Virus record (IMG/VR): IMGVR_UViG_3300044970_001297
Location: 1 to 64,000 of that record
Origin: a virus
Strand: one strand, 5' to 3'
Length of the DNA: 64,000 nt
The notes under the pieces were generated by a model, which saw nothing but the letters and a program-made list of their open reading frames with translations, searched no databases and was not told the DNA's origin. The first letter of the stretch is position 1, and each line of letters begins with the position of its first letter. Made by a program: the position numbers and the translations under genes. Below, piece by piece: positions 55,245-63,689 of the stretch.

Positions 55245-55621
55245 GCATCCTTGCCCTTGATCTTCTCCTGCTCTGCCTTGAGATCTTCCTTACGAGCCTC
55301 CTGCAAGATCTTCTCGCGGTCTTCGTCTAATTGAGCGTCGATCCTGTCAAAGATCTTGCCAAGATGCTTTGCCTCAATCGTAGCACCGTCCTCTGCCTTT
55401 CGTGCAGTGAAATATAGTGCTTCGCGCATCATCTGGTACTTCCAGCGAATATGCTCAAGTTGCAGGACAACATTGCAATCCTGCACGGTTATCTCATCGG
55501 CATCCTGCATGTGTTTTGCCAATGTCTGCATCTTTTCATCGCTGATCTCCGTGAACGGGAGAATCGGCGGTTCTGGTACGAATGCTACGGATGCTGCTGT
55601 TAGAATTGCTGCGAGTTTCAT
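55241..55621 (-). CDS. hypothetical protein with signal peptide
   Basis: 'MKLAAILTAASVAF'; SD GGAGG. Confidence 0.55.
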   Translation of the reverse strand: MKLAAILTAASVAFVPEPPILPFTEISDEKMQTLAKHMQDADEITVQDCNVVLQLEHIRWKYQMMREALYFTARKAEDGATIEAKHLGKIFDRIDAQLDEDREKILQEARKEDLKAEQEKIKGKDA

Positions 55622-55733
55622 GATTTACTTCCTCCGTCGATTGGTTGAAATGTTAGCAATTGCGAGTAGAGCAGTGACACCACGACGAATCCGACTGTGG
55701 AAAGCCCAAGCAAGATGTTGAGAGTGTGTGGGG

Positions 55734-56018
55734 TCACTTGCTTTTCTCCTTGTAGCAGTCCCAACCCAAAGCGTGTGCAATATCTTCCTTTGATGAATTT
55801 TCCGATCCCCGTTCATTGTACTCCGCAAAACCACAATACATCCGTCTTGCCTCATTCCGTTCATCTGTTCTTTTTGCGAGTTCGGCACGAAGAGACTCAA
55901 TCTCTTTGGCACAACTTGTCAGACATTCAGTTGGCATACCATCCATCATTTCCACCATCCACTTGCGATTTGCTACTATCTCGTCAAGTATCCAAGGATT
56001 TGGGGTGTAATCAGCCAT
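55734..56018 (-). CDS. hypothetical protein
   Basis: 'ERNEARRMYC...GWDCYKE'. Confidence 0.55.
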   Translation of the reverse strand: MADYTPNPWILDEIVANRKWMVEMMDGMPTECLTSCAKEIESLRAELAKRTDERNEARRMYCGFAEYNERGSENSSKEDIAHALGWDCYKEKSK

Positions 56019-56277
56019 TGCCGTCCTCCATCAAGAAGTTTTTCTCGGTGAGTTTTTCAAATCGCTCGTCAAGAGCCTTTTGCATCTTTTTTCCATCTTC
56101 CGATTTCTTCCATGTTTCGATGGCAGGATGGCTACAAGAACAGACAAGTGCTTCGTCAGTGTTGGGACCGACAAGCATTCCATCCCACTCTCCGCACCAA
56201 TGCCAGCCCTCCTCCCACTCTTCCTTGGTGAGTCCTGTTCCTGATCGGTCAAGTTCGATGTAGCGTTCTCTGTTCAT
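56011..56277 (-). CDS. hypothetical protein (start corrected to just downstream of tRNA-Leu)
   Basis: 'EEGWHWCGEWDGMLVGP'; the upstream extension in the ORF track runs through a tRNA. Confidence 0.55.
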   Translation of the reverse strand: MNRERYIELDRSGTGLTKEEWEEGWHWCGEWDGMLVGPNTDEALVCSCSHPAIETWKKSEDGKKMQKALDERFEKLTEKNFLMEDGNG

Positions 56278-56279
56278 AA

Positions 56280-56364
56280 TACCAGCGACAGGATTCGAAC
56301 CTGCATGATCAATTACGATCAGCGCATTTTGAGTGCGCCGTGTATACCGTTCCACCACGCTGGC
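56280..56364 (-). tRNA. trnL: tRNA-Leu(CAA)
   Basis: GCGCA-CTCAAAA-TGCGC; long variable arm. Confidence 0.9.
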
Positions 56365-56374
56365 GTAAATATCA

Positions 56375-56731
56375 TTAAGAGGAGTAGTGTTCTTCTCTAT
56401 GACAATTAGCACATAAAATTACACATTTACTCATTTCTTCTTTTAGAGTATCTAAAGAGAAGCAGGATTTGGCTAGTTTTGCAACATTTTTAGTTTTTGC
56501 TTCAACATGATGAAAGTCTAATGCACAAGCATGTTTTTTGTAACCACATTTGGTACAGCCAGTTTGGACTTTGTATTCATTTATGAATTTGGTATTTCGT
56601 TTTCTTGCAGTTCTGTTCCTATCACGAAACTTGTCCTTGTTATCAAGGTAGTATTCATGTGCTTGCTCTTTTGTCCGTTCGTAGTATGCTTTTCTATATC
56701 TCTTCTTTTCTTCTGGATCTTTATATGGCAT
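56375..56731 (-). CDS. HNH homing endonuclease inserted between tRNA genes
   Basis: 'CTKCG....LDFHH....CVILCANCHREEH'; AT-rich. Confidence 0.85.
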   Translation of the reverse strand: MPYKDPEEKKRYRKAYYERTKEQAHEYYLDNKDKFRDRNRTARKRNTKFINEYKVQTGCTKCGYKKHACALDFHHVEAKTKNVAKLAKSCFSLDTLKEEMSKCVILCANCHREEHYSS

Positions 56732-56796
56732 GGATTCAAACCTCCATGCTTATTTAGGAATCCGAGAAAGTTCACCGCGCCACATTCACACATCAA

Positions 56797-56870
56797 TGCC
56801 CCCCCTGGGACTTGAACCCAGACAATGCGGTTTAAAAGACCGCTACTCTAGCCAATTGAGTTAGAGGGGC
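56797..56870 (-). tRNA. trnK: tRNA-Lys(UUU)
   Basis: GCGGT-CTTTTAA-ACCGC. Confidence 0.9.
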
Positions 56871-56881
56871 AGTATTTTCAC

Positions 56882-57148
56882 TCAGCCATTCAAAGTAGTT
56901 CCAACCTTGCGGAACGACTTGATGGTATTCACATTGAACGACCGCCATTGTGCGGCATCCATGTCCCACACGGGAATGACATCTGGACCGCTGCCATCCT
57001 CCGTGAGTAGTGTCTTCGGATTCGCAATCGGTGCAATGCTTGTCGAGCGAGTGCAGCGAAGTGTCCGTTCGCTTCCGTCTGCCTTGGTGAAGACCACCTC
57101 ACAGACACCTTGATGAAGCGATTCAACGATTTGAGTCTTCTCTAGCAT
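56882..57148 (-). CDS. WYL_2/DUF2693-like SH3-fold protein
   Basis: 'VVFTKADGSERTLRCT...VWDMDAAQWRSF'. Confidence 0.75.
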   Translation of the reverse strand: MLEKTQIVESLHQGVCEVVFTKADGSERTLRCTRSTSIAPIANPKTLLTEDGSGPDVIPVWDMDAAQWRSFNVNTIKSFRKVGTTLNG

Positions 57149-57246
57149 TTGCTTGTTCCTTCCTGTCCATTGCTTCTTCTTGGGTGTTCCATTCTCCTCC
57201 ACGGGAGACGGAGTTCGATTGTACGATCCGTAGAGTGTACGCAAGA

Positions 57247-57465
57247 TCATGCACCCCCGATTGCGGGGATCCCCCCTGACGGGTTAGATACGGCTGACGG
57301 GGAAGCCCCCGTCAGGGGGGATGTTGGTCGATCAAAGATGGACTTCTTCTTCTTTGGAGGTGCCTTGACCTTAGCCTTGGCTCGACTCTCTTGAACCTTT
57401 GTCTTCCATCTGTTCTTTGCCTTGCGGTGCTTCTTTGCTACACTTCTTGCCTTGCTGTTTGGCAT
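57247..57465 (-). CDS. small basic hypothetical protein
   Basis: K/R-rich; SD AAGGAG. Confidence 0.5.
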   Translation of the reverse strand: MPNSKARSVAKKHRKAKNRWKTKVQESRAKAKVKAPPKKKKSIFDRPTSPLTGASPSAVSNPSGGIPAIGGA

Positions 57466-57466
57466 C

Positions 57467-57790
57467 TCATTGGCTCCTTGAGTTTTGAATCACTTCAACG
57501 ATGCCGTTGCCGACATCGCCAACCTTCTTGTTCACTATGGTAAGTTCTCCACGGATGGAGTCAAGACGCTTCATGCACTCATTGAGAAGAATGTTTGGAT
57601 CGTTGTCCTTGAGGGAGTGAATCTTTTCCAACTCCGCAATGTCGTACTCAGATGGGAAGTGCTTGAGTCGATCCCTCGCTCGCTTTCTTATTTCTCTTGG
57701 AACCTTTGGAGTTTCCTTCGGATCCATCAACGCCAGCATGAAGTGCCGTGCGTTTCGTATAGCCTGAAACATCTCGCTTGGTAGCGTCAT
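57467..57790 (-). CDS. conserved phage hypothetical protein
   Basis: 'MTLPSE..AI..AR.FM..L.DPK.TPKVP.EIR.RA...LKHFP'. Confidence 0.65.
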   Translation of the reverse strand: MTLPSEMFQAIRNARHFMLALMDPKETPKVPREIRKRARDRLKHFPSEYDIAELEKIHSLKDNDPNILLNECMKRLDSIRGELTIVNKKVGDVGNGIVEVIQNSRSQ

Positions 57791-58010
57791 CTTCGTACTC
57801 CTGATCGTAGATCACTGAAAAAGATTTCCAGTCCTTCTCATCTATCTTGCAGACTGAATACACTTGTTCCAGTTTCATGGATTTTCGGAGTGCATTCATT
57901 GAATCGCACATTTGGATTGCGAGATTCTTTTTCTTGAAGAACAAGAAACCACCCCCATCTCTCAGGAGGTGTTCCTTGTCTTCGCGGATTGAGATTGCAT
58001 AACATGGCAT
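57648..58010 (-). CDS. hypothetical protein
   Basis: ORF directly after tRNA-Glu; its 3' part overlaps the next gene. Confidence 0.4.
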   Translation of the reverse strand: MPCYAISIREDKEHLLRDGGGFLFFKKKNLAIQMCDSMNALRKSMKLEQVYSVCKIDEKDWKSFSVIYDQEYEDDATKRDVSGYTKRTALHAGVDGSEGNSKGSKRNKKASEGSTQALPI

Positions 58011-58017
58011 GGAAGAA

Positions 58018-58092
58018 TGATCCTGTGGGGATTCGAACCCCAGTTGGGAGATTGAAAGTCTCCAGTCCTAGACCAGACTAGACGACAGGACC
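58018..58092 (-). tRNA. trnE: tRNA-Glu(UUC)
   Basis: GGAGA-CTTTCAA-TCTCC. Confidence 0.9.
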
Positions 58093-58095
58093 GAA

Positions 58096-58167
58096 AGCCA
58101 CTTGTGAGATTCGAACTCACGACATTCACATTACAAATATGACGCACTACCTCTGTGCTAAAGTGGC
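58096..58167 (-). tRNA. trnT: tRNA-Thr(UGU)
   Basis: TCATA-TTTGTAA-TGTGA. Confidence 0.85.
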
Positions 58168-58172
58168 TTGAG

Positions 58173-58254
58173 TGGTTGCGGAGGGATTCGAACCCCCGAA
58201 GACTATGTCAGGAGTTTTACAGACTCCCCTCGTTGACCACTTGAGTACACAACC
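58173..58254 (-). tRNA. trnY: tRNA-Tyr(GUA)
   Basis: GGAGT-CTGTAAA-ACTCC; variable arm. Confidence 0.9.
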
Positions 58255-58257
58255 GAA

Positions 58258-58328
58258 TTGTCCGACCTAGATTCGAACTAGGACAAAGAGAACCAGAATC
58301 TCTTGTGCTACCGTTACACAATCGGACA
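58258..58328 (-). tRNA. trnQ: tRNA-Gln(CUG)
   Basis: AGAGA-TTCTGGT-TCTCT. Confidence 0.9.
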
Positions 58329-58329
58329 A

Positions 58330-58416
58330 CGGAAGATGTGGGATTCGAACCCACGGTACACTTACGCGCACACAGCATTTCCAATGCTGCTCCTTCAACC
58401 ACTCGGACAACCTTCC
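58330..58416 (-). tRNA. trnS: tRNA-Ser(GGA)
   Basis: CAGCA-TTGGAAA-TGCTG; long variable arm. Confidence 0.9.
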
Positions 58417-58422
58417 ACGAAA

Positions 58423-58493
58423 AGCGGGTAACGGGATTCGAACCCGTGAGGAAAGTTTGGAAAACTCACATGTTGCCGCTACATCATACCCGC
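58423..58493 (-). tRNA. trnG: tRNA-Gly(UCC)
   Basis: GCGGGTA acceptor; loop TTTCCAA. Confidence 0.85.
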
Positions 58494-58565
58494 AACGAAA
58501 TCGCGTTATTCGCAGAATGCGCGAACCCTCTGCCGCCACTTATGGTAGACGGACACCATCAGTCA

Positions 58566-58889
58566 TCAGCGACTGCGCTTGCACGAATCAGCGCACTTGC
58601 TGTCGATGGTGTCGTGAAGATCGCGCTCGACATCGTCAATGCGCCGACCGATCTCGCTCTGCACATCATCGATGCGACGATGCATCGCGTCGTTCTCACA
58701 GAAAGAACGCTCCTGCTTGAACTGCGAGTAGTAGTACAGGGCGAGTGACGCGAAGAGGGTGATCAGCCCGTAGTTTGCCTTCTGCGCTGCGTTTGCGCTC
58801 TCGGGGGAGAGGAAGGTGAACCACACGAAGACGAGAGCGGAGAGAACACCGACATACTTGAACACGCTGTTGTTGCTAAATCCAAACAT
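58566..58889 (-). CDS. membrane protein (2 TM helices plus coiled coil) embedded in the tRNA array
   Basis: Hydrophobic helices; SD AGGAG; GC-rich codons. Confidence 0.65.
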   Translation of the reverse strand: MFGFSNNSVFKYVGVLSALVFVWFTFLSPESANAAQKANYGLITLFASLALYYYSQFKQERSFCENDAMHRRIDDVQSEIGRRIDDVERDLHDTIDSKCADSCKRSR

Positions 58890-58965
58890 TGCAAAAATCT
58901 CCTGTGAGTCGCGAAGGTTCGGCTTCTGTCGCAGCGACTCATGTGCGACAAGCCTGTTTGAGAAA

Positions 58966-59040
58966 TACGCCGTGTTGGATTCGAACCAACTCTTATTCGG
59001 TTATAAATCGAACTGAGGATGCCAAGACCTCCCACGGCGC
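58966..59040 (-). tRNA. trnI: tRNA-Ile(UAU)
   Basis: GCGCCGT/ACGGCGT acceptor with A73; anticodon loop TTTATAA; T arm GTTGG-TTCGAAT-CCAAC. Confidence 0.75.
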
Positions 59041-59049
59041 GTTGTTCAC

Positions 59050-59319
59050 TTACTCTATCGTGTCTTCGGCTGCTGTCAACTCCCTCTTCAGAAGAATCTT
59101 TGACTTCTTGTTGCTGACATGTCCGTTCTCATTCTTGTCGAGATAGTTAGACTTCTGACGATCATCGTCGTGACCAAGGCGATAGTTGATGGTATCGGCT
59201 TCGGTCTTCACACCCGACATCAGAATGTTTTCGATGGCAGACATGATCGCAAGGCTGTTCTTGAGCGCATTATCTTCGGTGAGGTTCAGCGGAATGTCAA
59301 TGTGTAGTCTGTAGCCCAT
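59050..59319 (-). CDS. hypothetical protein
   Basis: SD GGAGG. Confidence 0.55.
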   Translation of the reverse strand: MGYRLHIDIPLNLTEDNALKNSLAIMSAIENILMSGVKTEADTINYRLGHDDDRQKSNYLDKNENGHVSNKKSKILLKRELTAAEDTIE

Positions 59320-59738
59320 TAGACTCCTCCTTCGGGAGCGGGTTGAGCCGTGACTGCCTCCTTCTTGGATTCATTGATTGCCCATATGTACGCAGGACCT
59401 GTCCAATGGCAGTGCTTCAGACCATTGTCCTCGTCGTAGAGGTTCCCGCGAATATGGTTGAGGCAGGGAGCCTTCCAACTCGCGGCACGGAAGATGTCTC
59501 CGCTGCGCTTGTCAATGAAGCCCCATGCAGTCTTCTGCTTCACCCCGTTGTAGTCACTGGTGAGAACGATGCGGATGTACTTGTATCCCTCCTCATAGGA
59601 GGTGGTCCAAGAGTAGGGATTTCCGCTTGGGTGCAATTGGGTATTCGTCTCCGTGGTCTTTTCGCGAACAATGTCCGCCAACTTGTCCATGAATGTTCCG
59701 AATACCGCCACGAAACGATGATCTAGTTCCATCTTCAT
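59319..59738 (-). CDS. conserved T4-like phage hypothetical protein
   Basis: 'KYIRIV....AWGFIDK..GDIFRAASWKAP...RGNL...WTGPAY'. Confidence 0.7.
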   Translation of the reverse strand: MKMELDHRFVAVFGTFMDKLADIVREKTTETNTQLHPSGNPYSWTTSYEEGYKYIRIVLTSDYNGVKQKTAWGFIDKRSGDIFRAASWKAPCLNHIRGNLYDEDNGLKHCHWTGPAYIWAINESKKEAVTAQPAPEGGV

Positions 59739-59748
59739 GCTGAAGCCC

Positions 59749-60000
59749 TCATTTTGTATTTTGTTCAACCACTCTTCGAATCTGCTTTTCAGTGGATGCA
59801 AGTATGTCGCACCACATCTGATCTCTTGAGTTCACCTTTGTCATTGCCGACTTCACCACTAGGATGAGATCGTGGATTAGTGCTTCTCGACGGGAGTCGC
59901 TGACTCCTTCGAACATGTCCTTCTCCTCCATTATACTCTTCTCCTTTCCTTTGACAATGGGGACATCGTCATCTGGGTTGGAGTCAGTATCTATGAGCAT
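59749..60000 (-). CDS. hypothetical protein
   Basis: Operon ORF. Confidence 0.45.
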   Translation of the reverse strand: MLIDTDSNPDDDVPIVKGKEKSIMEEKDMFEGVSDSRREALIHDLILVVKSAMTKVNSRDQMWCDILASTEKQIRRVVEQNTK

Positions 60001-60457
60001 TCGGAACAACTTCACAAAGCCACCAATCTTCCTATATCTATGCGTCGAGGAGTCCCTCCCTCAACAAGTGCGGTCTGAAAGGCCACCACGACCTTCATCG
60101 ACACAAGAGTATCGTCTACTTTAGGGAAGTCAAGGAAATGAGAGAAAGAATGTTTTGCTCCCGTTGCAATCGATTCTGAATCAAACGATCCAAAGATTTG
60201 ATTCACCATGCTGCTTGACCCATACATTATATGAGGGTATGGTGATGAGCATGGCAGACGATGACAAGGACGATGAGACGGAGATGGTGGCGATGGGCTT
60301 CGCAAAGACAATCGTGTTCTTCCTGTTCACGATGGTGTTGCTCTCCGCAATCGCAAAGGCATCAATAACATTCTTTTGAATTCGAATAGAATGTTTTCAG
60401 AGTGGTTCCCGATAGCCTACTAAATAGGAGTGTCGGGATTGGACAAGAATCTTTATC

Positions 60458-60850
60458 ATGGTTGATCCCGAAAAACACCGCAAGTTGATTGACTTCGCCT
60501 ATGCGAAGTGCCTTGAGATTCCTCGCAGGAAGAAGCATTGCAGCATCATCCTGCACAAGAACCGAATCCTTGCCGTTGGCGTAAATCGTTTCAAGACGCA
60601 TCCGCTTGCCGTCAAGCACGGCTACCTCTTCGGTGAGGTGCATTCCGAACTTGATGCTTTCCTGAAGTGCAACAGGCGCGAGGGGCTTGAACTATGGAAC
60701 TTTCGTTTCAATAGCCATGGACAGATGCGTATCTCGCGTCCTTGCCCCAAGTGTATGCCATGGTGCGTGAAGTGCTTCGACAAGATCTACTACACGATGG
60801 ACGATGGCATCCATGAGTTTGAGATTGACCTTGCAGACCTCAGGTCTTAG
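60458..60850 (+). CDS. cytidine/dCMP deaminase-like Zn-binding protein
   Basis: 'VHSELDA...SRPCPKC' (HxE..PCxxC). Confidence 0.8.
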   Translation: MVDPEKHRKLIDFAYAKCLEIPRRKKHCSIILHKNRILAVGVNRFKTHPLAVKHGYLFGEVHSELDAFLKCNRREGLELWNFRFNSHGQMRISRPCPKCMPWCVKCFDKIYYTMDDGIHEFEIDLADLRS

Positions 60851-62766
60851 TACGCAAGTCCCATCCTGAAAGCCCTCTCGTCAATGTCAACACCCGTTCG
60901 TGTGGTTGTCAGCGAAGACATCCACGATGTGGTGTTGTTGTTCGTCACGACGGCGTTGTTCGTTGGGGCTACCACTGTTGCTGGCGGTGGAGTGGACTTG
61001 AGATAGGCATAGTCAGACTGAAGACTCGACAGCGTTGCCGACGATGACGGTGTGGTCGCTGGCACAAGCGCACTCGCACCTCCCTCCATTCCGACAGGAA
61101 TCCTTCCGCCTTCCACTCCAGTCGGTATTCCACCACCCTCCATGCCTGTTGGTATTCCGCCACCTTCCATTGGAGTTGGCGGTGTTGCTACCGTTTCGCC
61201 TGGCTTTGGAACCATTGGTTCAGATGGTTGTGCGGTCGCGGTTGTTGGCGGTCCAACAACCGATGAAGTTGGCGATGTTACAGATACCGAGTTTACTTCA
61301 CTCTCTGTTCTTTTTGGGACTTCCAAGAAAGATCCCAACCCAGGAATTTGTGTCGCAAGGTCATAGATCTTTTCTCCACCAATCATCGATGCAAGGAATT
61401 CTCCCAATGCACCAGGACCATATCCCAAAGCATCAAGTGCGCCTACAATGGCATTTCCTGGACCAGGAGCGAGTAGGAGAGCAGCAATTTGCGATCCGAT
61501 GGAAGTCAAGGCACCAGCAAATTTGAGTCCTATCTGTTCTTTCTTTTCTTGATCGGATAAGTTTGGATTTTCTTTAATATCCGAGATAGCCATGTAGCCC
61601 TGTACTGCGGAAAGTACTGGTCCCAAGACTGAGAATATCGTCTTAGCCAGTGGTCCTACCCCGAGTTTGACCAATCCAGCACCAGCATTCTTCACAGCAC
61701 CCAAGGCTTTCCCGCCATAGTTCAATGCACTGCTACCGACAGATTTAATGCTTGCACCAATTCGCGAGAATAACCCTCCCCCACTTGCTGCACTTCCCGC
61801 TGCACTAGACGCACTTCCTGCTGCTTGAGATCCAGCACCCGCTATACTCCGAATTCTCGCTGGCGCATCGGCTCCTTCAAGTACCGCCGTACTTAAGGGA
61901 ACGGCGGGAACCATCCGTGTCGCCGCACCCGCTGCACGGGCCGTACCCGCTGCACCAGCAGTAGCCGCACCACCCGCCCCAAACATTCCTGCCACTCTAC
62001 CCAATCCAGGAATTTTACCCAGAAGCCTTCCTGCACCAAGGGACTTGGCATCGCTGAGGAAGTCGAATGTGTTTGCTATTTTGCCGAACAGCCCTTCGCC
62101 CTTTGCAGCAACAGCAAGTTGCTCTTGGTCGTTCTTTCCATTGCCAAAATACTTCTCAAACAAGTCTTTGAAGAAAGTCTCTTCCTTTTCCTGCTTCTCT
62201 TCCTGAATCTCCCTATCTTTTTGCTGCTGTTCCAGCAACTTCTCTTCTTGTGCAAGGCTATCTGGTGGTGGAGGAACCTCGTCAGCAAGTGCATATGCAC
62301 CCTCGCCATCCGCAGATGGAGTCAGTCCCTTTGCTTTATCCTTCTTCGTTGTTCGTTCTGTCTCTTGGCTTGATGGTCCAAAAGTCCTTGTCAATATGTC
62401 GAGGATTTCGTAGACCGAGTCTCTAATGTCGCCCATGGCACCCATGGACTTCTTTCTCAATTCCTTCTCCTCAAGTTCTCCCTTGGTGAGTTTCTTTCCC
62501 GTGAGGGGATCGCGACCCTGTTCTTCGAACATCTCGCGCTTCTTGAGGTCGATCTTGTCTGCAAGACCCTTGCCGACCAGCGGTATCTTCTCCAGAAACT
62601 TCATCTGCATGGTCATGACGCTTGACTTGAGGCTTGTGGTCACAGCCTCCTTGAATGTCAAGTTGACTTTCCTGAATCCCTCTTCCATGGATTCTACTAT
62701 AGCGTCTCCCGCATTCATTGCGGGTGCATTTTGGGGAATATTTCCTGATGGGCTTGGTAGTGGCAT
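60847..62766 (-). CDS. baseplate hub / tape-measure-like protein (gp29 position)
   Basis: G/A-rich hydrophobic middle; C-terminal 'VVAPTNNAVVTNNNTT'; downstream of gp26 and gp51. Confidence 0.6.
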   Translation of the reverse strand: MPLPSPSGNIPQNAPAMNAGDAIVESMEEGFRKVNLTFKEAVTTSLKSSVMTMQMKFLEKIPLVGKGLADKIDLKKREMFEEQGRDPLTGKKLTKGELEEKELRKKSMGAMGDIRDSVYEILDILTRTFGPSSQETERTTKKDKAKGLTPSADGEGAYALADEVPPPPDSLAQEEKLLEQQQKDREIQEEKQEKEETFFKDLFEKYFGNGKNDQEQLAVAAKGEGLFGKIANTFDFLSDAKSLGAGRLLGKIPGLGRVAGMFGAGGAATAGAAGTARAAGAATRMVPAVPLSTAVLEGADAPARIRSIAGAGSQAAGSASSAAGSAASGGGLFSRIGASIKSVGSSALNYGGKALGAVKNAGAGLVKLGVGPLAKTIFSVLGPVLSAVQGYMAISDIKENPNLSDQEKKEQIGLKFAGALTSIGSQIAALLLAPGPGNAIVGALDALGYGPGALGEFLASMIGGEKIYDLATQIPGLGSFLEVPKRTESEVNSVSVTSPTSSVVGPPTTATAQPSEPMVPKPGETVATPPTPMEGGGIPTGMEGGGIPTGVEGGRIPVGMEGGASALVPATTPSSSATLSSLQSDYAYLKSTPPPATVVAPTNNAVVTNNNTTSWMSSLTTTRTGVDIDERAFRMGLAY

Positions 62767-62767
62767 C

Positions 62768-62962
62768 TTATCTACTTCTTTGCTGCAACTGCTGCTGCTT
62801 CAGTCGCTCGTTTTCTTCCTTTATGTGATTCACCAGCAGATTTACATAAACTTCTCTTTCCCAAGGCATCATATATTCCAACTCTGTCAGCGAGTACTTA
62901 TGGTGCTGTAGCAATGCGAAGTTCGTGTTGTACAGATTCGCAAGGCTATCGTGACAGAGCAT
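62768..62962 (-). CDS. gp51: baseplate hub assembly protein gp51
   Basis: 'NFALLQHHKYSLTELEYMMPWEREVYVNLL'. Confidence 0.9.
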   Translation of the reverse strand: MLCHDSLANLYNTNFALLQHHKYSLTELEYMMPWEREVYVNLLVNHIKEENERLKQQQLQQRSR

Positions 62963-63663
62963 TATGTAAAAAAATCCTGCAACCCGCTGAAGAATGCCTT
63001 GAACTCATGTCCGCACGAAAGGCATTTGCAATCCGCTTCCTTCCTCACGGTTGGCATATTGAGGTAGAACTTTCCCACCAACTCAAATTGACTGTTTGTC
63101 ATCGACTCAATGAACTTCTGTATCTCTTCCTTTGTGAAGTCTTTCTTTGTGTAGACATTGTTCTCATCAAACACGGTTTCAATGGAGTCTGTCACGAATT
63201 CCAAAACTTCATCGACGGACATGTCGCTCATGTTTGGTCGTGCATCGGTCATGCATGGATACCTTATGATGATGCCGACCTTGTCATTCAACATTATCCT
63301 GTTTGATGTGTTCTCTGGAAACTTGACCTCTATTTCGTCAAGGTTGACGGTGATATCATTCGGCTTTTCGCACTTTGGGCATTTTGTTCTCAGTTCAAGC
63401 ATTTCGCCAACTGACTTTGCCCGTATCTTCATGAACAGATATTCGATGTCGAACATCGCCATCTTTTCTGGTTGATCCACCCCATCGACGCAACCCTTTA
63501 TGAGGTCGCACATCGCACTAAGTATCTGCTTCTCGTCCTGACTTTCCAGTGCCATGTACAGCACCTTCTGCTCCTTGACCAGAAATGGCCTGAAGGTTGT
63601 CTCCTTCTTGGTCGAAGGTATTGTGATTCTGTATTTTGGTATTCCAAGTGACGGTAATGACAT
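62962..63663 (-). CDS. gp26: baseplate hub subunit gp26
   Basis: 'MSLP....PKY...IPST....FRPFLVKEQKVL', 'FDIEYLFMKIRAKSVGE', 'CPKC', 'GLQDFF'. Confidence 0.92.
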   Translation of the reverse strand: MSLPSLGIPKYRITIPSTKKETTFRPFLVKEQKVLYMALESQDEKQILSAMCDLIKGCVDGVDQPEKMAMFDIEYLFMKIRAKSVGEMLELRTKCPKCEKPNDITVNLDEIEVKFPENTSNRIMLNDKVGIIIRYPCMTDARPNMSDMSVDEVLEFVTDSIETVFDENNVYTKKDFTKEEIQKFIESMTNSQFELVGKFYLNMPTVRKEADCKCLSCGHEFKAFFSGLQDFFT

Positions 63664-63689
63664 AATTTACTCCATGTGTTAAAGTTGCT

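Noticed and set aside
56278-58748. ORF-track entries overlapping tRNAs (5' part of 56011..56412, 57962..58147, 58217..58402, 58267..58539, 58305..58748)
   Set aside because: They are explained by tRNA genes.
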